Of a stretch of DNA of 64,000 nt, positions 60,301 through 64,000 are shown piece after piece (within the stretch, counting starts at the first letter, position 1; each line of letters begins with the position of its first letter). A program made the position numbers and the translations under genes. Below the pieces are notes generated by a model that saw only the letters and a program-made list of their open reading frames with translations, had not been told where the DNA came from and did not search any database. Source of the stretch: Myxococcota bacterium (GTDB lineage Bacteria > Myxococcota_A > Polyangia > Nannocystales > Nannocystaceae); the NCBI GenBank assembly GCA_039028615.1, contig JBCCHT010000006.1:160001-224000 (forward strand), read 5' to 3'.

Positions 60301-61068
60301 TCAGGACTCGGGCACGTCGGAGTTCACCCCCGACGAAAGGTGAATCGAGACCATCAGGCGGGCCAAGTTGCGCAGCACTCGGGGCACGCGACGCGCCAGG
60401 TGGATCGACGGCGCGCGCTTCTCCTCGATGGTGACCGGAATCTCGCTGACCCGCAGTCCATTGCGCTCGGCCCGGATCACCAGCTCGCTGGCGAACACGT
60501 CGTGCTCGACCACGCAGCGCGCCACGACCGGCAGCACCGCCTCGCGCCGCAGCGCCTTGAGGCCGTGGGTATCCGTGCCGGAGAAGCCCAGCGTCACCCG
60601 CAGCACCGCGTTGTAGAACTTGGTCGCGGCGCGGCGAGGCAGCGGCCGGGTGTCTTCCGCCCCGCGCATCGCCTTGGAGCCGATGACCACGTCGACGGTG
60701 CCCGTGCGCAGCAGCTCGAGCGCCCGCAGGTGAAAGCCCACGTCGCACAGGTCGATTTCTTCGCAGATGACGAAGCGCCCCTGGGCCCGATAGATGCCCT
60801 CGCGCAGCGCCCCGCCGTAGTTCGGCTCGGGATACGAGATCATGCGGACCTGGGGTCGCTGCGCCGCGACCCGCTCGCCGATCTCCACCGTGCGGTCCTT
60901 GCTGCCGTTTTCCGCCAGCACCACCTCGTAGCGCAGGTCCGCGGCATCGAGCTTGTCGCACAGCTGGTTCAGGCTGTCCTCGAGGATCTGCTCCTCGTTG
61001 TAGACGGGGATGACCAACGACAGCTCGGGCTTGTCGTGGGCCTCCGCCTCGTTCAGCTCTCCGCCCAC
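60301..61068 (-). CDS. Glycosyltransferase family 2 (DPM1/ALG5-like)
   Basis: SLVIPVYNEE, ENGSKDRT, YGGALREG, EIDL, VIGSK, DTHGLKA, EIPV. GTG start at 61068 with GGAGG upstream. Confidence 0.88.
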   Translation of the reverse strand: MGGELNEAEAHDKPELSLVIPVYNEEQILEDSLNQLCDKLDAADLRYEVVLAENGSKDRTVEIGERVAAQRPQVRMISYPEPNYGGALREGIYRAQGRFVICEEIDLCDVGFHLRALELLRTGTVDVVIGSKAMRGAEDTRPLPRRAATKFYNAVLRVTLGFSGTDTHGLKALRREAVLPVVARCVVEHDVFASELVIRAERNGLRVSEIPVTIEEKRAPSIHLARRVPRVLRNLARLMVSIHLSSGVNSDVPES

Positions 61069-62384
61069 GCCGCCGCCTCCATGCCTTGAATGATGCTGTC
61101 TTCCATCGAATTGTAAATCCAAGCTCCGTAGCGTCCACAGGAGCGTAGCCCGCCTACCTGCTCGAGCCAGCCGTGGATGGTGCGCTTGGCTTCTTCGCAC
61201 GCATCGTCGAAGAGCACATAGGCGTACTCGATCTCGCGCAGGAGGCTGAACTCGATGTCGTCGGCCGAAGCCAGGGCGCCCATCGCTACGAGGTGTTTGA
61301 CGATCTGTGGCATGTCGGGCGTGCCAGTCCGATCGGCCAGCTCGACGTAGAGCGACCCGCGGCCGGGCGGGGCCATGGCCGGCAGGGCGTTGCTGTACAC
61401 CCCCACCCGGAAGAAGGGGATGTGGGGCTCGGGCACGTAGACCCAGTGCTCGTCGATCGGCGGCGCGGTGCGGGTGGCGATGTCGAGGTAGCGCCACGAG
61501 GTCCAGCGCAGAGCCGCCGCCGCGTCGCGGACCTCGGCCGGGGCGTCGGGGATCCGGGCGACCAGCTGCGGCAAGGGGATGCTGGAGACCAGGGCGCGGT
61601 AGTCGATCCAGTCGGGCTCCCCGCGGAGCTTGACCCGACGGCCCTGCACGTCGACCTCCTCGAGCGAGCGGCCCAGCTCGATCGCCTCCGGGTTGCGACC
61701 CCGTAGACGCGCCGCCATGGCCTCGGGCAGGTGATCGATGCCTCCCGCCCGCGGGTACGAGAAGCGGACGTTGTAGCCGAGCCCGTCCTGGCGGACGCCC
61801 AGCGCACCGCCGATGACCTGGTCGATCTCGGGCAGCGGGATGAAGCGCGAGCCCCAGTTGGGGGTCAGCTCCTCGGGGCCCACGCCCCATAGCTTGGTGT
61901 TGTAGGGGACGAAGAACAGCTCGGCCATGCCTCGGCCGAAGCGACGCTCGACGAACTCGCGAAAGGTCTTCGGGGCCGGGGCATCGGGGCGCGCCGACTC
62001 GATCTGCGCCTTCACGAAGTCGACCAGGGCCTCCTGCACCACGGGCAGCGGCAAGCCGTGCAAGTTCGCCTGAAACGGGTACGGCAACATGACCCCGTGG
62101 GTGTAGACGCCCGTGCGCCGCTCGATCTCCACCAGCTGACCCGGCTCGAAGAGCTCGTCGACCAGCGCCTTGACCCGCGAGTCTCGCAAGTGCAGCCAGT
62201 GACCGGTCACATCGAAGGTGTAGCCATCGCGTCGCTCGCTGCGGGCCTTGCCGCCCACGCGTTGCTCGCGCTCCACGAGGCGGAACGGGGCGTTTCGCAG
62301 GTGCAGCGCAGTGGATAGCCCGGTCAGACCTGCACCCAGGATCACTACGGGCAGACCTTCGGGCGACGTCACGTCCGGGACCAT
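61053..62384 (-). CDS. FAD-dependent oxidoreductase, UDP-galactopyranose-mutase/HemY-like
   Basis: ILGAGLTGL, VGGKARS, FDVTGH, PYPFQ, PYNTKLW, YPRAGG, GRYGAW.Y.SMEDS. Confidence 0.8.
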   Translation of the reverse strand: MVPDVTSPEGLPVVILGAGLTGLSTALHLRNAPFRLVEREQRVGGKARSERRDGYTFDVTGHWLHLRDSRVKALVDELFEPGQLVEIERRTGVYTHGVMLPYPFQANLHGLPLPVVQEALVDFVKAQIESARPDAPAPKTFREFVERRFGRGMAELFFVPYNTKLWGVGPEELTPNWGSRFIPLPEIDQVIGGALGVRQDGLGYNVRFSYPRAGGIDHLPEAMAARLRGRNPEAIELGRSLEEVDVQGRRVKLRGEPDWIDYRALVSSIPLPQLVARIPDAPAEVRDAAAALRWTSWRYLDIATRTAPPIDEHWVYVPEPHIPFFRVGVYSNALPAMAPPGRGSLYVELADRTGTPDMPQIVKHLVAMGALASADDIEFSLLREIEYAYVLFDDACEEAKRTIHGWLEQVGGLRSCGRYGAWIYNSMEDSIIQGMEAAAWAES

Positions 62385-62528
62385 ACCCGCGTTCGCCGAG
62401 GGAAGAAAAACCGCGTCTGAGTGCCCGCTCACGGGCGCGTAGAGCCGTGCTGCGCCGCACCACGCTCGGCCCTGCGGGGCGAGCGTCGGCCTGGACAGTC
62501 GGATCCGCGGCATGCACACTGCATCACC

Positions 62529-63473
62529 ATGGAGCTGCGAGGACTGGGCCGATACCGACTGGCGGACGAGTTTTCGGGCCCCAGCCCGCACGCCCGCTAC
62601 CATCATGCTCGGCACGAAGACGAGCCCGGCGACGACACTCCGGGCTACGTGGCCAAGCTATTGAGCCCGGGCCGCGGCGAAGACGGCCAGCGTCGTCGCG
62701 GCCAGTTCGAGCACGAGACGCGCCTGCTCAAGAGCTTCAATCACCCCTGCATTCCGACCCTGCACGCCTCTGGCGACCAAGACGGCGTCGCGTACATGGT
62801 GCTCGACCGGGTCGACGGGGTGAGCCTGGCTCGCCTGCTGCATCACCACACCGACACGCCGCGCCCGCTCACCAAGGAAATCGCGGTCTACGTCATGGGG
62901 CAGCTGGTCGACGCGGTGCGACACGTGCACTCGCTCGAGTACCTCGACGAGGGCGAGCCCGCCCCGCTGTCGGTCATCCATCGCGACCTCGGCCCGCACA
63001 ACGTGTGGGTCTCTCGCTCGGGCGACGTCATCCTCTACGACTTCTCCGTGACCTCGAGCGCGTGGCTGCCCGAGGCGCACGACGATCCCGGGGCCGGCAA
63101 CCTGGCGTACATGGCTCCCGAGCGGCTGGCCCCCGGGGCCCACGCCAACGAAAAGACCGACCTGTTCGGCATGGCCTCCATCCTGTGGGAGTGCCTGCGA
63201 GGCCAGCGGCTGTTCCAGGGCGCCACCGATGCCGCCACCCGCGAGGCCATCGAGCGCTTCGACATCAGCCAGCCCAGCCGTAGGGTCCCCGGCTTGTCGC
63301 CCAAGCTCAGCGAGATCGTCCGCAAGAACCTCGACCGCGATCCCGCCCGGCGCTACACCGGCGCCTACCAGATGCTGCAGCGCCTGGCCCAGGCCCCCGA
63401 AGCCAAGGTCGCCGAGCAATCGCGGCAGGCCCTGGCCGAGCTGGTGACCGAGGCCCTGTCCGCGAGCCAGTGA
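62529..63473 (+). CDS. Ser/Thr kinase-like protein with atypical motifs
   Basis: VAK, HRDLGPHN, DFS, YMAPE, DLFG. No Gly-rich loop. Start at ATG 62529. Confidence 0.85.
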   Translation: MELRGLGRYRLADEFSGPSPHARYHHARHEDEPGDDTPGYVAKLLSPGRGEDGQRRRGQFEHETRLLKSFNHPCIPTLHASGDQDGVAYMVLDRVDGVSLARLLHHHTDTPRPLTKEIAVYVMGQLVDAVRHVHSLEYLDEGEPAPLSVIHRDLGPHNVWVSRSGDVILYDFSVTSSAWLPEAHDDPGAGNLAYMAPERLAPGAHANEKTDLFGMASILWECLRGQRLFQGATDAATREAIERFDISQPSRRVPGLSPKLSEIVRKNLDRDPARRYTGAYQMLQRLAQAPEAKVAEQSRQALAELVTEALSASQ

Positions 63474-64000
63474 AGCCGCCGTCCGTCCTCGCTCCGTTGT
63501 GGGAGCACAAACGCCGCGTCCTGCCCCTGGGCATCGCGCTGTTGGTCACCTACGCGTACTTCGTGGGCGAGCCCGCGTGGAACCAGAACTCGCGCCTGGC
63601 TCTGACCCGCGCGCTGGTCGAGCACGGCAGCACGATCATCGACGACTACCACGTCACCACGGGCGACAAGAGCTACCGCGACGGCCACTTCTACTGCGAC
63701 AAGGCGCCCGGGGCTTCGTGGGCCGCCGTGCTTCCCTACGCCGCCTTCGTGGGGATTCGTCGGCTCACGGGAGGTGAGCTGCCGGGCGCCCGGGTCCGCC
63801 CGCTCGACCCCCGCGCGCCCGTGCCCGAGCCCGACGATCGCCAGCCCGGCGACGTGCTCGTCTACAACCTCGCGCACCGGGTCGCGCTCTATCTGTGTGG
63901 GCTCTTCACCGGGGTCTTGCCCACGGTCGCAGCCGCGATCGCGATGTTCCTGCTCGCGCTGCGGCAGAGCGCCGGTCGCCTTCGACCCGCGCTCATCGTC
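63470..64000 (+). CDS. Polytopic membrane protein, GT-C-like glycosyltransferase candidate; runs off the window end
   Basis: Not in the ORF track. GTGA overlap with the kinase stop. Translates ...IALLVTYAYF..PAWNQNSRLALTRALVEHG...GDKSYRDGHFYCDKAPGAS...LYLCGLFTGVLP and stays open to 64000. Confidence 0.7.
   Translation, partial: MKPPSVLAPLWEHKRRVLPLGIALLVTYAYFVGEPAWNQNSRLALTRALVEHGSTIIDDYHVTTGDKSYRDGHFYCDKAPGASWAAVLPYAAFVGIRRLTGGELPGARVRPLDPRAPVPEPDDRQPGDVLVYNLAHRVALYLCGLFTGVLPTVAAAIAMFLLALRQSAGRLRPALIV

Noticed and set aside
61069..62517. N-terminal extension of the 738-aa ORF 60301..62517
   Set aside because: Out-of-frame overlap with the flavoprotein gene. GT2 motifs begin only after GTG 61068.

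Overview
High-GC bacterial chromosome segment, very likely a myxobacterium (Nannocystaceae-like). This rests on MYXO-CTERM-type sorting tails, Myxococcus-type Cys-rich repeats, Ser/Thr kinases and many lipoproteins. I call about 47 CDS, mostly housekeeping or envelope genes: acyl-CoA ligase, crcB, glycerate kinase and 2-hydroxyacid dehydrogenase, eda-like aldolase, UvrD/Rep helicase, acyl-CoA dehydrogenase, alpha-2-macroglobulin plus PBP1C, fused 2-oxoacid dehydrogenase E1, radC, rnhA and a glycosylation cluster. No rRNA, tRNA, CRISPR array, transposase or integrase was seen. The most unusual locus is at about 39.0-42.6 kb. Two inverted arrays of a ~230-bp structured non-coding repeat (about 3.3 copies and about 2.1 copies) enclose one orphan gene. 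The 3' ends of the two convergent flanking genes show a mirror-symmetric, strand-specific loss of C at third codon positions (about 10-12% C3 versus about 65% mid-gene in pbpC), suggesting a repeat-associated local mutational process. Other notable items: a CHAT protease missed by the ORF track, lying near a cytoplasmic gingipain-like peptidase with a probable C-terminal HTH; an ERp18/TXNDC12-like thioredoxin coupled to a SpoIVB-S55 protease; a probable pseudo-metzincin; and a eukaryote-type UDP-galactopyranose-mutase-like flavoprotein. All family assignments are from motif recognition by eye, not database searches.
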